Shown here: positions 49,104 to 62,700 of the stretch, one piece after another
Position numbering within the stretch: the first letter of the stretch is position 1
How the letters are laid out: each line of letters starts with the position of its first letter
Assembly (NCBI GenBank): GCA_003344405.1
Contig: NOWV01000122.1
Location: 1 to 64,000, forward strand
From: Trichoplax sp. H2
Lineage: Eukaryota
Direction of reading: 5' to 3'
Length of the DNA: 64,000 bases
Notes under the pieces: generated by a model
Seen by the model: only the letters and a program-made list of their open reading frames with translations
Database searches by the model: none
What the model was told of the DNA's origin: nothing
Position numbers and translations under genes: made by a program

Positions 49104-52100
49104 TTAATCTTCGAAAAAAACATCATCATCTTCTTCATTTGCTAGTTGTCTTCTTACTGTATATACATCGTTATTCCATAAACTGGTTTTTCTACCTCTT
49201 ACGGGTTGATTCATAGAATAGCCTTTCCTGTATAGCATAAGGAGAAATAAATTAATTTGAGCAACTAGCATTTTACTGCAATAGCGGAAAAAGTTGATAA
49301 AAAATTGTAATACTATATTGAATCACTATCAGTACACTATATCACACACTATACTATACCGTCAATTTAAGATAACATTACCTCAGCCATCTAATAAAGA
49401 ATAGATAACCACCAAGCAGGCAAACAGCCAATGCTCCACCAATAATACCATCTCGAATCACTATAAATTAGAAATAAACCACGTTATAGATAACATAACC
49501 TAGACGACAGCTAAAAAATTTATCAACATATTCAAAATACAGATTGTTAAATTGATGATACGAACTTCGATCTTGTTTACGCCTTATGAGCGTTTCATTC
49601 TTTGGCACTGGTAGACAAAGATTATCGTTGGACGGAAATGTCATTCTATAAAATCCATCTCTACATAAACATTGTCGATTCGCTCCGCAAAAACTGTTAT
49701 TATAAGCACAATGCTTGTCTTCAGTGCAACCGGATATTGGCATACAACCGTTATTAATGCGCTGAAATCCAACCTGTTGACAATGTATAAATTTTAGTAT
49801 AAAATAATCCATAAATAAGAGATTACAGTGAAACATAGCTTCCAATTAACTAACAGAAAATGAGAATATATTGACGTTTAATTTGGTATAGAGTACACAC
49901 GATGATCAATAACATCATGTTAGTCTACTTACAATACAAACACAACGTCCATCCCGACATTCCTGGTTTGCGTTAGAGCATTCCGGCTGACATTGAATAT
50001 TATCGGGTGGCATAATTAATTTATTGCAGCCAGTCACATTCTTTCCGGTGCTACTATCAACACACCAAATTTCCCTGTTGCCGGATTGTATCGACCACTT
50101 ACCAGTACGCCAGATAAATTGAGCACATGTAGCCTCAGATGGTAAACATCTTGTAACTTCAACCAAATTATTAGGGCAAGGTAAACCACCAGCATTAGCT
50201 TGATGTATAATTTGACGAGCTCTTACACGATAACCATTACCATTTTTCTGGTTGCAATCATAATGACATGGGCTATAATTACTCCAAGTTGTTAAGACGC
50301 AATCGCCTTTACAAGAGATATAACAGTCTTCCTTAGTGCTTATATCTAGTGTCGACTCTTTTACGTTAAATCCAATCTTATTTTCATTAGCCTTGATTAA
50401 GGTAGCAATACATTTTGAAGTATCAACTTCTAAACCATCATTTCGAATACAACGAATAGTACGATATCGTTTACCATGGCCGCATTCACTACCAACAGTG
50501 GTACAACGAGACCAATGACCTCTTGTAATACGATAATTGAAACATGGTTTTACATTACAAGGAAGTGATTGAAGCAAATGTTGGTGTTGTGGACAAGGTC
50601 TACCATTTCCAGTGGCATTATATAATATATAGCGCTGCCGCGTAATTGTTCCATTCAATCCACAGCTAGCAGAACAAGATGACCATGATGACCATTCTGA
50701 TAAAATACAATCAGTATTACACGGAACGTTACAATCACGCATTGTCGGTAAATTATTATTTGAGCAAAGTGATGAACCAACAACGACACCGTCACTTCGT
50801 TGGCAGTTAATAGCACGAAATTGTACTCCTTGACCGCATATTGGAGAAGATGGTACACAACGTGTCCACGGTGACACTGTCCAATAGTACTTATGGCAAG
50901 AATTAACGATACATGCTTCAGCTTGGACGGTATCAGTACAATCTAAACCAGATATATCGCGCAATAAGTATCGCGTTCTACGACGACTACCACGACTACA
51001 AGTTTGACTGCATGATGACCATTCAGACCACATACTATAGCCACATTGATTGGAACAGCTAATTTGACATGGTTCAACGTTAACAGGTTGCATAATTAAA
51101 GCTTCACATAGACGCTTTGGTATAGGCGATTGGTTAGAATCGATACAATATACTTTGCGTGTTCGTCCGCCATGACCGCAAGAGCTTCCATTATTTAGAA
51201 TACATTGACTCCAAGCGCCGGTAAACCATGAGATACCATGACAAGACCTTTGCTGGCATACTTCTGTCTCTTGTAGATTACCGCATCGTTTCACGTTACC
51301 CGATGCGTAATGGATAATTTGACGTTTCCTTCTTTTGATACCATAGCCGCATTCTTGATCACAATCACTCCAATGTGACCATTGTGTCATTTGGCAATGG
51401 AGTCCACAGTCAATTGTACATGTTTTCAAAGTAGCTGGTATACTATCCACATATTTGATACATACATCATTGTCAACAATTGTATTATCACTTCGTTCAC
51501 ATAACAAGCTACGCTTTTGTATACCTTTGCCACAGTTAGCATTGTCCAGTGTTAATACACAGCTATGCCACTGTCCAATGAGCCATTTATACGTGAAACA
51601 TTGATCATTGATGCAGTTAGTAACTTGCTTCAGATCTGCTTCAACAGTATGTTTACAAACTTGGAGGCCAGTTGACATATTGTAGTTATAAAAATGACGA
51701 ACTCGATACTTACGATCAGCATTATGATTACAGTTACTAGAACACTTTGACCAAGCAGACCATTCACTTAAAGAGCAGTCATTACTGCATGGTATTGAGC
51801 ATGAACGAACATGATCAGGTGCATTCAGTAAACTATTATTGATACAGACTTCATGATCGTCCATGGTATATCCATTATATACACAATCCACTTGCCTTGA
51901 TTGAATTCCACCACCACAAGCCATTGTTGAATTTTCTTGAAGTAATTTACACGATGACCAAGGGTGAGTAACCCATTGATACTGTGTTCTATTCTGACAC
52001 GGTGGTAAATCGCATAAACGTTTTTGAAGTACAATTCCATCTATCGTTCCATTATTAGGGCATGGCTTGCCACCATGGAGTGGATACTGCATAATAAATT

Positions 52101-53910
52101 TGGAACGTGTTGAATAACCTTCACCACAAGATTGAGAACAGATCGACCATGTTGTCCATTGACTTGATAATTTGCAATCAATAGGACAAGGAATATCGCA
52201 ATCGCGATTATTAGCTGGGATAGAATGATTACCTAACAGTGATGAACAATTGACCAAGCGCATCTGTTGACCTGTACCAATTCCACAAGTACTATTTGGT
52301 TTTGGTATACATGCATTCCATTGGCTAACAGTACAAATATCTTTTAAGCAATCAGTACAAGAACGCGTTTCTTCTAAATGATTGACAGATTCGCAATTCC
52401 TTCCAGTGCCTAATAAGTAACGCTGACGTTTACTCACCTTAGAGCAATTACCATGACAATCTGACCAACTTGTCCACTCAGAAAGTATGCAATCATCAAG
52501 GCAAGGTATTAAACAAGATCTATCTCGTGATGGTCGAGGCAAATGACTACAATTTTGATCGCTTAAAGTGCTACCATCATGCGATACGCAATAAACACTC
52601 CTTAAGGAAGTGCCTCGACCACATTGTGAATTCAATTGATCAGGTAAGCATCTACTCCATGCATCTGTGCGCCAATGAGAACAATTATTTTGACTACATC
52701 GTTGAGATTGGTTGAGAATGCCACAATCTTTGCCTGCATTCATAGGTGGGATAATGATTTTACGATGGCGTGAAGTAATACCAATACCACAGCTATTGGA
52801 ACATTTTGACCAATCTGACCATTGGCCTGTTAAACAATCTTGGCTACAATGAATAGAACAGCCACGAGCAAGGCTAACACGATCAATCTCTGTCTTATTC
52901 TTTTGGCAAAATTGATTTTCGACAATGGTGTTGCTATCACTATTGACGCAAATTATAGATCTTCGTTGTATGCCATTTTGGCAAGTAGAATTTTTATTCT
53001 GTACCGATGGATCGATGCTACATGCTCCCCAATCGGTGATAATCTGACGATAGTTGTTGGTACTCTTACTACTACAAATGGGTAATATGCAAAGTTGCTC
53101 TTGAGATAAAAGGGGGCAAGCTTGACCACCATTGATAGGATAGCGTAAAATTCGACGATATCTTTTTTGTATAAAGCTTGAAGGTGATGAAGTATTAGCA
53201 CACCCTTGACATGCTGGACTCCAATTCTTCCAATCCGATACTAAACAATCGACTTTTGGATAGCATAGTTCATCAAAAGTGGTACGAATATTGAGGTTCC
53301 TTGGACAGTAATGGTCGGCAATATAATTGCCATTGCGATCGATACAAACTAAGTTGCCTTTTCGTACTTGAATGTCGGCGTCATCTACTATGTAATCTTC
53401 ACATTGACCAAGATGCGATTTCCACACAGTGGATGATACAAGTTGGATGGATTGATTGCACGGCAATGAGTTATAACATGCTTGTTGTTGATACGTCGTT
53501 GGGCAATGGTAGATTTGTTGCTGATTGGGAACAGCTAAAACTTGACGATGACGAGATTGTATCCCTTGACCACAAGTTGTTGAGCAAGGACTCCAACTGG
53601 ACCATAGACTGAGTATGCAAGCATTGGATTGAGAACATGATGAACACGGTTGAAGATTGGGTGGTCTTGATAAATGACGACAATAATAATTGGGTACAAG
53701 CTGTTGATCTCGTTGACGTCGACATGTTACCTGGCGTGGTTGACCACAATTTAAGCGGCAACAAGGTGAAATCGGATGACGACTATATTGCCAAGTATCA
53801 ATGAATTGGCAGTCTTGCCAAGGGGTCGTCTTCCATACAAATTGACCACTGGTACATGCTACCAATAGAGTCATGACGATCACTAAAAGTAAATTGATTA
53901 ATTTGACCAT
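49104..53910 (-). CDS. THSD7-like type I membrane protein, copy 1 (signal peptide, ~20 alternating TSP1 repeats, EGF-like modules, TM, acidic tail); exons 49933..53910, ~49581..49773, 49382..49460, 49104..49227
   Basis: Signal peptide MVKLINLLLVIVMTLLVACTSG at 53910; the upstream part of the ORF runs into an intron acceptor near 53999. Alternating WxxxxWxxC...C-G-G-Q-R-V-C (ADAMTS-type) and DCxLSxWSxWSxCS...RxR (spondin-type) TSRs, as in THSD7A/B. TM IIGGALAVCLLGGYLFFI. Tail ends EEDDDVFFED*. The donor of exon 2 is uncertain. Confidence 0.88.
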
Positions 53911-54699
53911 CGTTATTGAAGTGATTTTTGCAATGTTGGAAAATATCCTTTCGAAACTGTTTCTGTCTTGAAGAGAAGCAGACGATGAATTGCAATGCCT
54001 AAAAAAGAAGAAGAAGAGAGTCAAAATGTCACGGCGCTAATTTATTGGTCCTTTTAACACTGAATGACGTCAATGGAGTATTTTACCACCATGGGTACCG
54101 ACAGTACTGTATGATAACTACATTGAAATGGGCAATGGATAAAAGCGATGACTAGTGTATGATAATTAATGAAGCAGCGTTATTTATAATGATGAAATTG
54201 CTTTGAATAAGATTGGATTTGCAGTTCAATCGTTTGAAAAGAGAGAAAGAAACCAAAATTGATTTCTTAAAAAGGCAAAAGAAAAAATAACAAGGAAAAA
54301 GAATGCCGGTACACATAGGGGAAAAAAATGGATTGAAAATGATGCAAGAACCATGATCATTCCATTCAGTCATTTTTTTCCTTTCTTTTACCTCTCTTTC
54401 AAAACGACATCCAGACGATAGAGAATACTCAGTCTATGCTACCGGCTATAAACGAAGAATTTGTCAAGAGAGCGGCTACTAGGGTAGAAAAATCATCCAT
54501 TGCATTTCATTTGGATAACCTTGAAGAAAGTGCGGTCCTATCCTACTTGGCCATGGGATGCAACTATCAAGAATTGACCTCCCCCCCCCCTCAAATCAGC
54601 AAGGAATGATGCGACCGAAGCGTCCATGATTGAAGTGAAAGACACAACGATACCAGAAATGGAGCGTAAGACAAAAGACTGAAGCGTTAAGTCGACGTC

Positions 54700-55000
54700 G
54701 AGTGAATGACGCCGTTGGATTCAATCAATCTTGACTTACCTAGATTAAGAGTTTAGCGTTATGGCTTGTTAATCGTTGGCACGATTAAGCAAGGAATAAG
54801 TCAATGGGAGACGATCGTATCCTATCCAATGGAGGAGAAAAGCAACTCTTTTACATAGGATTGGATAGATAGTTATAGAAAAAGAGAAAAACTTGTACAG
54901 ACATGATTGGACTTACGTTGGTGTCGTCAATGGAGATAAGAAAGCTGAAAGCGTTCGACTTATCAGCGATCAACGTTGCACTGGACAGCCACAGCGTCAA
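54700..55000 (-). other. Probable non-coding 5' UTR exon(s) of THSD7-like copy 1
   Basis: Strong minus-strand donors (ctag|gtaagtc near 54739, caac|gtaagtc near 54916) lie upstream of the polypyrimidine acceptor ttcttcttcttttttag at ~53999. Confidence 0.4.
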
Positions 55001-57125
55001 CAGGCATCCAATTCTGAAAATGGTTCAACAGCAACAAAAGTATACTGTGACGAACGGATTTCAAGCTGAGAATTGACAGAGCACCATTAAAATAATAATC
55101 ATACCTTACAGCAAGAAGAATCGATGTCTATCGCAAGTTCACCGGGAAAATATTTTCTGAACTGAGCCCAAAAATAGGTCCAAAATAAAATCAATTTGTA
55201 CAATGACCAATTAGAATAATAATAATACAGTACAGTAATGCACGATGAAAGCACAATCAATTGGACTGTAGCACTACAGTGTAAAGTATGGTGGATGATA
55301 AAACCGGTTTTCAGTTACGGACTTACGGCACGCAAGACGATCGGCATGGCTGATTCGACCTGAGATCGGTTCAATACCTTTATGGTCTATATCAGGCTGA
55401 TTACTATTTCATGTTAAGGGTACCTTGTATAATTTGCATTCTAGTCAGGTGCTTTAGGACAGTATTGTAGTGGATTTATCGTTGGATGCAATAGAAATCA
55501 TGGGATAATAAGTGAACTGCTTGTTCTTTGACTTTGGAGTTACGGCAACTGCAATGGTTGGGTAGTTTGCCAATCGATTTCATCTCTGGAGCCCAAAAGT
55601 GGGACAAATTAGGCCATGATGGATTATGGGATTTCTATCCAGGTCATCATGTTACCAACCCAGTAGTCCTCTACAGTCTACGCTCATACTCGTATACTGT
55701 ACCTGTATTGTCAGTAGAATCATGCAATGATGGATTATGGGATTTCCGTACTGGTCATTGCTGACGGCTAGTCAAGAAATCATTTTTCTTCCACTAGGGT
55801 GGTTGAAGAAAAAGAAAGAAAATAGAATCAAGTGATCATTGGGACTGGACAGTCGTTGATGAAGAAAGTAGTCGCTACTTTCTTCCTCAAGTCATCATGC
55901 TTGCTCATTTTCATGCCCGTGATAGAAAACTAGATAAAGTACAGTACTGTAGAACGTAGAGTGCAACTCTATCCATACGAGACTTGCAAACTCATGAGGA
56001 CTAGCAATTAAAAACAAGAATATATCCAAGTTATACCATAGGCAAAAAGACAACAGCCCTAGGACATTTTGCCTTTCAGCTAGCTGAGAGCTTTCTTTCT
56101 TTCCCTTACAGTGTATTTGCGGACTGTAGTCTTGTACTGTACACTGGAGGATACAAAGCCAATTGTATCACTTTTAGCAATTCCTCTTGTCGTACTGTAC
56201 TGTAGAAGCAATCGTGGATAGCCATGGCCGTTGTTTACTCTATTAGACTAATAGCTTGCAATTCAATGTTATTTATTTACCTTCTTTATTTTGCAACAAT
56301 TTGTAGAACAAGTTGTAATCAGATTCACTGATTACAGCACAATCATGATCATAATCCATGAGGATGACTACAACAGGTACCTTGTCAATAGGCGTTTTTT
56401 TTCCTCTGCAAACCCACTACTCACGATTGATAGGAAGTCCGAGACAAATCCCCTTAATGGAATCCAACTGCAATAAGTATTGCAAAGGGTTGAATGCAAT
56501 CTCTACAAACTCATCGACATACAAATATAATGTCAATCAAAGTGTCTAATTACCCAATCAATCCGTACAATACTCTACTCTGATCAATATTTTACACCCT
56601 CACTTAAAGGCTACATCTAGCAAGTAGCTTTAAACACTGTAGTCTCTCGTCACAAAGCTGTCAAACATTCTAACATCATCATCAGTAAAGGCTATTTGAC
56701 CTTCAATGACGGTGATTGCTGTCAGCTAGTGCCAGAAAAAATAAACTTGATACAATCATGACGATGTAAAACATGATTGACTGTGCTCGTAAGACGTAGT
56801 TACGGGGTACTACTGCATTGGCACAGTCATTAATAGTCAATAGCTTCCATGGCCCGATCTTTGGCCAAGCATAAATGTCCTACAGGTCAGCTGTAGGCTA
56901 CATCTAATCATTGGTAGTCCAGCGAAACGCAAGCTTGTTTTACGGTAGTTGCCGAGAATGGCTCAACCGTGTCAGGGACAACTCTACCATTTTAACCTCT
57001 AAAAAAGAAGAGTCTCTTCTTACAGGGGAAAAATCGTGGAGTAGCCCCTGATCGTGTGAACAAGTCCAAATTTCTTGGCGATACCAGTAATCAAGTCATG
57101 ATTAGCACAACAAGGAAGCTGACGG

Positions 57126-57830
57126 AAGCTTATTGAATCAGGGTAGCAATCAGTCAGTTATTGGAATAAGCGAGCTTGATACAGCCATGAAGAAGCAACA
57201 TTTCCTGACTATATCAGGAAGGAAGTCACTATATTATGAACACAATAAGAAAGCTTATAGAACCAGGATAGCAATCAGCTAGTTGCCGGAAAGAAGCGAA
57301 CTTGATGCAATCATGAACAGCTCAAAATTGTTTTGCTGTATTCGTAATTGTTTGCACACTGTAATAAAACAAACTATCCCACCAAATCATTGTCTTACAC
57401 AATATAAAATTTACAAAGAGGCTTTTATTACGGACTTTCAGAATAATTAATCATAGAGCAATAATTAATTGGAAAATTTATTCACTCTATTACAAATAAA
57501 TGATCAACACAGTTAAAGAAGCTGCTGAAATACGATAGCGTATGTAACTTGTTAAGGAATTAACTTCTTCCTTGTACTAGTAATGAATTATTATCACAAT
57601 CATGGCTCTTTAGGTAAGCCTACTTGCGATAATGGCAACTGCTATTACCGAAAATAAACTCTATTGGATTGAGATACCAAGAAGGAAACTTTTTCACAGT
57701 ATTTGTAAAAAAATGATCATAATCAAGAGGCATTAGGAAAGCCTATTTACAATGATAGCAATCTCCTACAGTCCGATCTAAAATCGATTGGATTGAAATA
57801 CCAAGAAGTAAACTTCTTCACGATACTGCC
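57126..57830. repeat. Two pairs of diverged direct repeats (~125-bp spacing)
   Basis: aagcttattgaatcagggtagcaatcag...aagcgagcttgata (57127) vs aagcttatagaaccaggatagcaatcag...aagcgaacttgatg (57251); and ttaggtaagcctacttgc...attggattgagataccaagaaggaaact (57610) vs ttaggaaagcctatttac...attggattgaaataccaagaagtaaact (57733). Confidence 0.75.
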
Positions 57831-59702
57831 AAATCATTGATTTAAGGAATCAATTTAGAAATTAAGCTACACATTGCCACAAATAAATTTACAAAATAGC
57901 GGAGTAATTTCTCATTATTCCTCTTTGAAGGATTCCTAACGCATCGCTCGGAGCTTTCATTAATACTAATAATTGGTAGAATTGGTAAAATTTAAAAATG
58001 CCAATTCAGCTTATTTGACTGGGAAAATTAACAGTACTTTCTAATCGTCTAATCGATCCGTTTACCTCCTCAAGGTTTATTTCTAGTATTAGTTGCACTC
58101 GAATATTTTATGAAAATCGGCGTAATAAAAATTGATACAGACTATTACTAAACGAAATACAATTACCCATTAAGCTTGATACTCAACTCATCGGTAAATA
58201 GTATTTATTTACTCCATATGAGGGTTTAACTATTACCGTTCAATCTATCATAAGTAAGCTATTGCCGGAATACTACTGATAAGTCTTCTGATCATCTAAT
58301 TTTATACCTTTCATGTACCACCGTTAAGAACTAGTGCAGGGATTGCAGCCAAAGGCACCTATTGACCAGTAGTTTCGACAATAACAACGACAGACTGAAT
58401 TCCGGTCAGTATCCATCGCATATTAGCTTTTTGCCATTTTATATTTTATATTTAAGCTCTGATCCATGTTTTCTGTCAGCCTTTGCATTCTTTAATACCT
58501 ATTTAAGTAAACATCCATACATCCACATAATGTAAATATTCAATGTTAACGTATAATTTACCGCGGAAACTTTCTGAACTTAATTGAACTGAATTTCATT
58601 TAGACCGATAGGATTATTATCATATCCTTACGTGGTAAAATTGATATTATTTTTAAATAGTGATATATCACTATTCATAGCAATTTTCTGAATGTCGATA
58701 TATTAAGGTGAAAAGTTAATTTATAATGATGCAAAATGGAGATTTTTCATCTTCAAGTATTAGTATGCAATACAATCTTTCTGAACTCGATTCAATTGAG
58801 ATGGATTTATAACGATAGATAGATTCTCATATCCCTATACATTATAGAGTAAAGTAAATGATCAAGTTTAATATTATATTCGTTTACAACAGCAAATTTT
58901 TGAAGCTCTTCTTTTTATACGTCGTATCTTGTATGAGTAATTTAGTGAACTATTATTGCCATTTAATCTTGTTCATGATACCAAATAACTACCGTTAAGG
59001 TTGTTGAAACCGATAGTTATAACTTACTACTTAAACAAAGCTATCGTCCGTGCTAAACCTTCATTTTATCCTTCTACCACCCTGTGAGGCTCGAAAGCTT
59101 GAACTAATTATCGTCCGTATACGAAAACTTAGCTGGGGAGAAGAAAGAAAACCAACCGTTCATTTATCATTCCGATGTAATATAAACTCAATCTGTAAGA
59201 CTCTTATTGCTAATAACAAATGTGAACTGATTTCTTCCTTATTACTACATTCATTTCTTCCGTACCCTTATTGACTAGCGAATCACTTAATCAATGCATA
59301 CTTGTTAATCACCTGTAACAAATCATCAAATCGAATTTCATTGCCAAGTGTCGTCGTCGCATACTATTTTTAACACGATGTTTATTTATCTACCTAATCA
59401 ATCCTTTCTACCGACCCATTTATTTTTATTTTTTAACTTGATTTTATTATTTTCCACCAATAAACGCCTGTAAATCCTTCGGTTAGTAGCTATAATGCCT
59501 ACAAGTTCAAACCTGACTACCCTAGCAGGTGGTCAGACATCAATTATTCCTTAAATTGTCGTCATCACTGGCTAATTTTATCCCAAAATTGATCTCTATA
59601 TCAGTTAGAACGTACGACCAAGTTATAAAAAAAATACTACCGTCATTTGCAAGCCATACAGCTAAATTGACGTGAAGAAGAAGAAGAAAAAAATAATAAC
59701 AC

Positions 59703-62700
59703 ATGTCTAAGTGCAATTCATATTGGATATGTTTTGCAATTTTATTGCATTTAGTCATCATTAGCAATGCTAACAATCAATCCAGTGTTTTTAGATGGGA
59801 TTGTTTAGTCTCCTTCACATCTGCAGACAGTCAGCCATGGAAAAGCTATGGAAGATTTTATTGCATTTATAAGCCGACGCATAAAATCTCACCTTATTAC
59901 TACTGTCGTGATATACCTAAACCGAAGGATATCAATAGTCCTTGCTCCAATTCAACTTTATCTCATATTTTAACATCTTGGAATTCATGGCAATCTAATT
60001 CATCGCTAAATTTGCGCTATCGAACACGAACTATTCTTTATAGTAAAGTTAGTAACTTCAAGTCAAAGCCTAAATTGATGGAAATGAGCATTCTTGATCA
60101 ACAGCATGAAGAAAATGCCAAGTTTACAAGATGGATAGTAGGACCGTGGTCTTCTTGTAAGCAACAATCTATTTTAAATAGTAATACGGCTACGAGTATG
60201 GCAAGATCAAGCCAGCATATGCTACCTACAACAATATCTAAAAGGTATAGAACAGTTCAATGTGTAAGCTATGATGGCCACTTTAGCCATGGTTGCTCAA
60301 TTCAAGCCAGACCCCATGCAGAAGAAATTTGTGCCATTGGTAGTCAATGCCAAGTCTCTTCTTGGTCATCGTGGTCAGATTGTCAATTTAGCCATAATCC
60401 ATCCAAATCGCCTCAAATAGGAATTCAATCCAGAAAACGCCATATTAATTATCTCAATCCTGATAATGGAATTTATTCGTGTCCTCCGTTGCTAGATCAA
60501 CGAACTTGCAAGCTCATTCATAAGCCAAAACCGCAATGGAAAACAGGCGAATGGACTTTATGCCAGATTCGTTGGCCTTCCTTATTAGCTGGGCAACAGC
60601 AATGTGGCAATGTCGGATGGCAATCGCGAGCAGTATGGTGCGTCAATGATCGAGGTAATATGGTTAATGAAAAATATTGCCAACATGATGGAGGACAAGA
60701 AAATAAACCAGTTTTCAATCGCTTATGTATAATCGATTGCAAGAGAGATTGCTTAGTTGGGCCTTGGTCAGAATGGTCATCATGTTGTTCACCTTATCGT
60801 TCATTTTCAAGACGCCATCGGCAAGTATTAATACCACCAAAACAAAATGGACAAGCCTGTCCACCCCTGACAGAAAGTAGAAATTGCTCAATGCGATCAT
60901 GCTATCAATGGTTTGCCGATAAATGGTCAACCTGTTTACTATCCAATGCTAATAGTCGTCCATATTGTCAAACTGGTCGTAAATTTCGTAGTGTTTATTG
61001 TATCGATCAAAATCATCGTATGGTCATGGATAGATATTGTCAATTATGGAAGCGGCCAGCTTTCAGTAAATCATGTACACTGCCATGCTTAAATGATTGC
61101 ATCCTTAGTCGTTGGAGCGATTGGCAAACTGAAACATTGCAACTAATACCGACAAGATTGAATTCAACCATGATGATGCTACAAGAAAATCGCCAAGTTC
61201 GTATACGTTATATCCTAGCGGATCCAGGTGTTGGTGGCAAACCGTGTCCATATTCATCCCAGCTTATCGAAAGTATGACTGTTAGGCATTATTTGCCTAT
61301 ATGGATCACTCAGTCTTGGTCAAATTGTACTTGTTTTGCCGATGGATGTTACCAATATCGGACCGTAAATTGCTTTGATGTCTTCGAGAAGAGAATTTTA
61401 CCCATGTCATTATGCCAATATCGAATGCAACCTCCATTAGAGCGAAAATGTCATGATCAACAACAAGAGCGCCCATTGCATTGCCAATTATCACCATGGA
61501 GCGATTGGTCTTCACCCCCTCCATCCTCATCAATGATCTTTTGCAAACCAAAAGCGCAAAATAAACGATTACGGGTAGTCCTACAATATCATTCTGTTGG
61601 TGGCCATCCTTGTCCAAGTAATATGACTCGTAATGGTCTTATCGTGGAATATACAAAATTGACCAATCTATCTTGTATTTCGTCTGCTTCTTCATCATCA
61701 TCCATGCCGTACTCATCTTCATCCAAGCTATCATCTACAAATTTTTATACTTGGCGTACAGGATCTTGGCAAGCATGCCTATTATTAAATTTTGACCGAA
61801 GAAACCCGTTGTGTGGTGTTGGCATGCAATCTAGAATGGCCCAATGTATTCACCTAGAGAATAATAATATTGTTGCGCTTAACTATTGCTTAAAGAATCG
61901 ATCATTAAAAATGCCAGAAATATTTCGAAAATGTTTCGTTCCATGCCAAGGTGATTGTAGTTTAACTCCATGGTCCGCTTGGTCGAATTGTTCACAATCT
62001 TGTTCTAATCACTGGATCAATCCAAATCGAAAGCGATATCGCACTTTTACAAATTATAATCGAGAAGAAGGTTTAAGAGTTTGCCGATATATCGATCCAA
62101 GCCACCTCGAACAGCAATCTAAATGCACCAATCGACATTGCTTTGAATACGCATGGTTACCCAGTCCCTGGTCCAGTTGTTTGCTCAAAGCTTCCAATTG
62201 CGGCCAAGGTTTACAACATCGCCATTTAACATGCCAAAGAAACGATTCAATCATTGTCGATCATCGTTGGTGCCAGCAATATGCTAAGAATAAACTCGCT
62301 ATTAATCGTCGATGCTTCAAAAATTGCTCGATCGACTGCATTGTTAGTACATGGTCAGTTTGGAATCCTTGCCAACATGATTGCGGTGACAGCTTAAGAA
62401 ATCGTACAAGAACTGTATTACGAGCTCCGCAATATGGTGGTCGTCCATGCCCAAGTTTATTCCAGTTAGAAATATGCCAAGAGAGACTATGCCATGATAT
62501 TCGTTGGCATTATACAACTTGGAGCCAATGTCTATTTCGTAATCTATCGAATCATTGTGGTCAAGGCTTTCAAAGCCGTAAAGTTTACTGTAGTGATCGA
62601 CATGGCCATGTCTTAGATGATCAACGATGCTTATTAATAGCTGATAAACCAAATTCAGTAGAATCATGCCATATTGCATGTCCTGGTAAATGCGTTTATA

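Noticed and set aside
53911-54024. N-terminal extension MTLFFFFFR... of the 1369-aa ORF
   Set aside because: It starts at TTG within a polypyrimidine tract/acceptor; the signal peptide begins at the ATG at 53910.
54065-54072. CRE palindrome TGACGTCA near THSD7-like copy 1
   Set aside because: A single 8-mer is expected by chance in a window of this size, and there is no supporting evidence.
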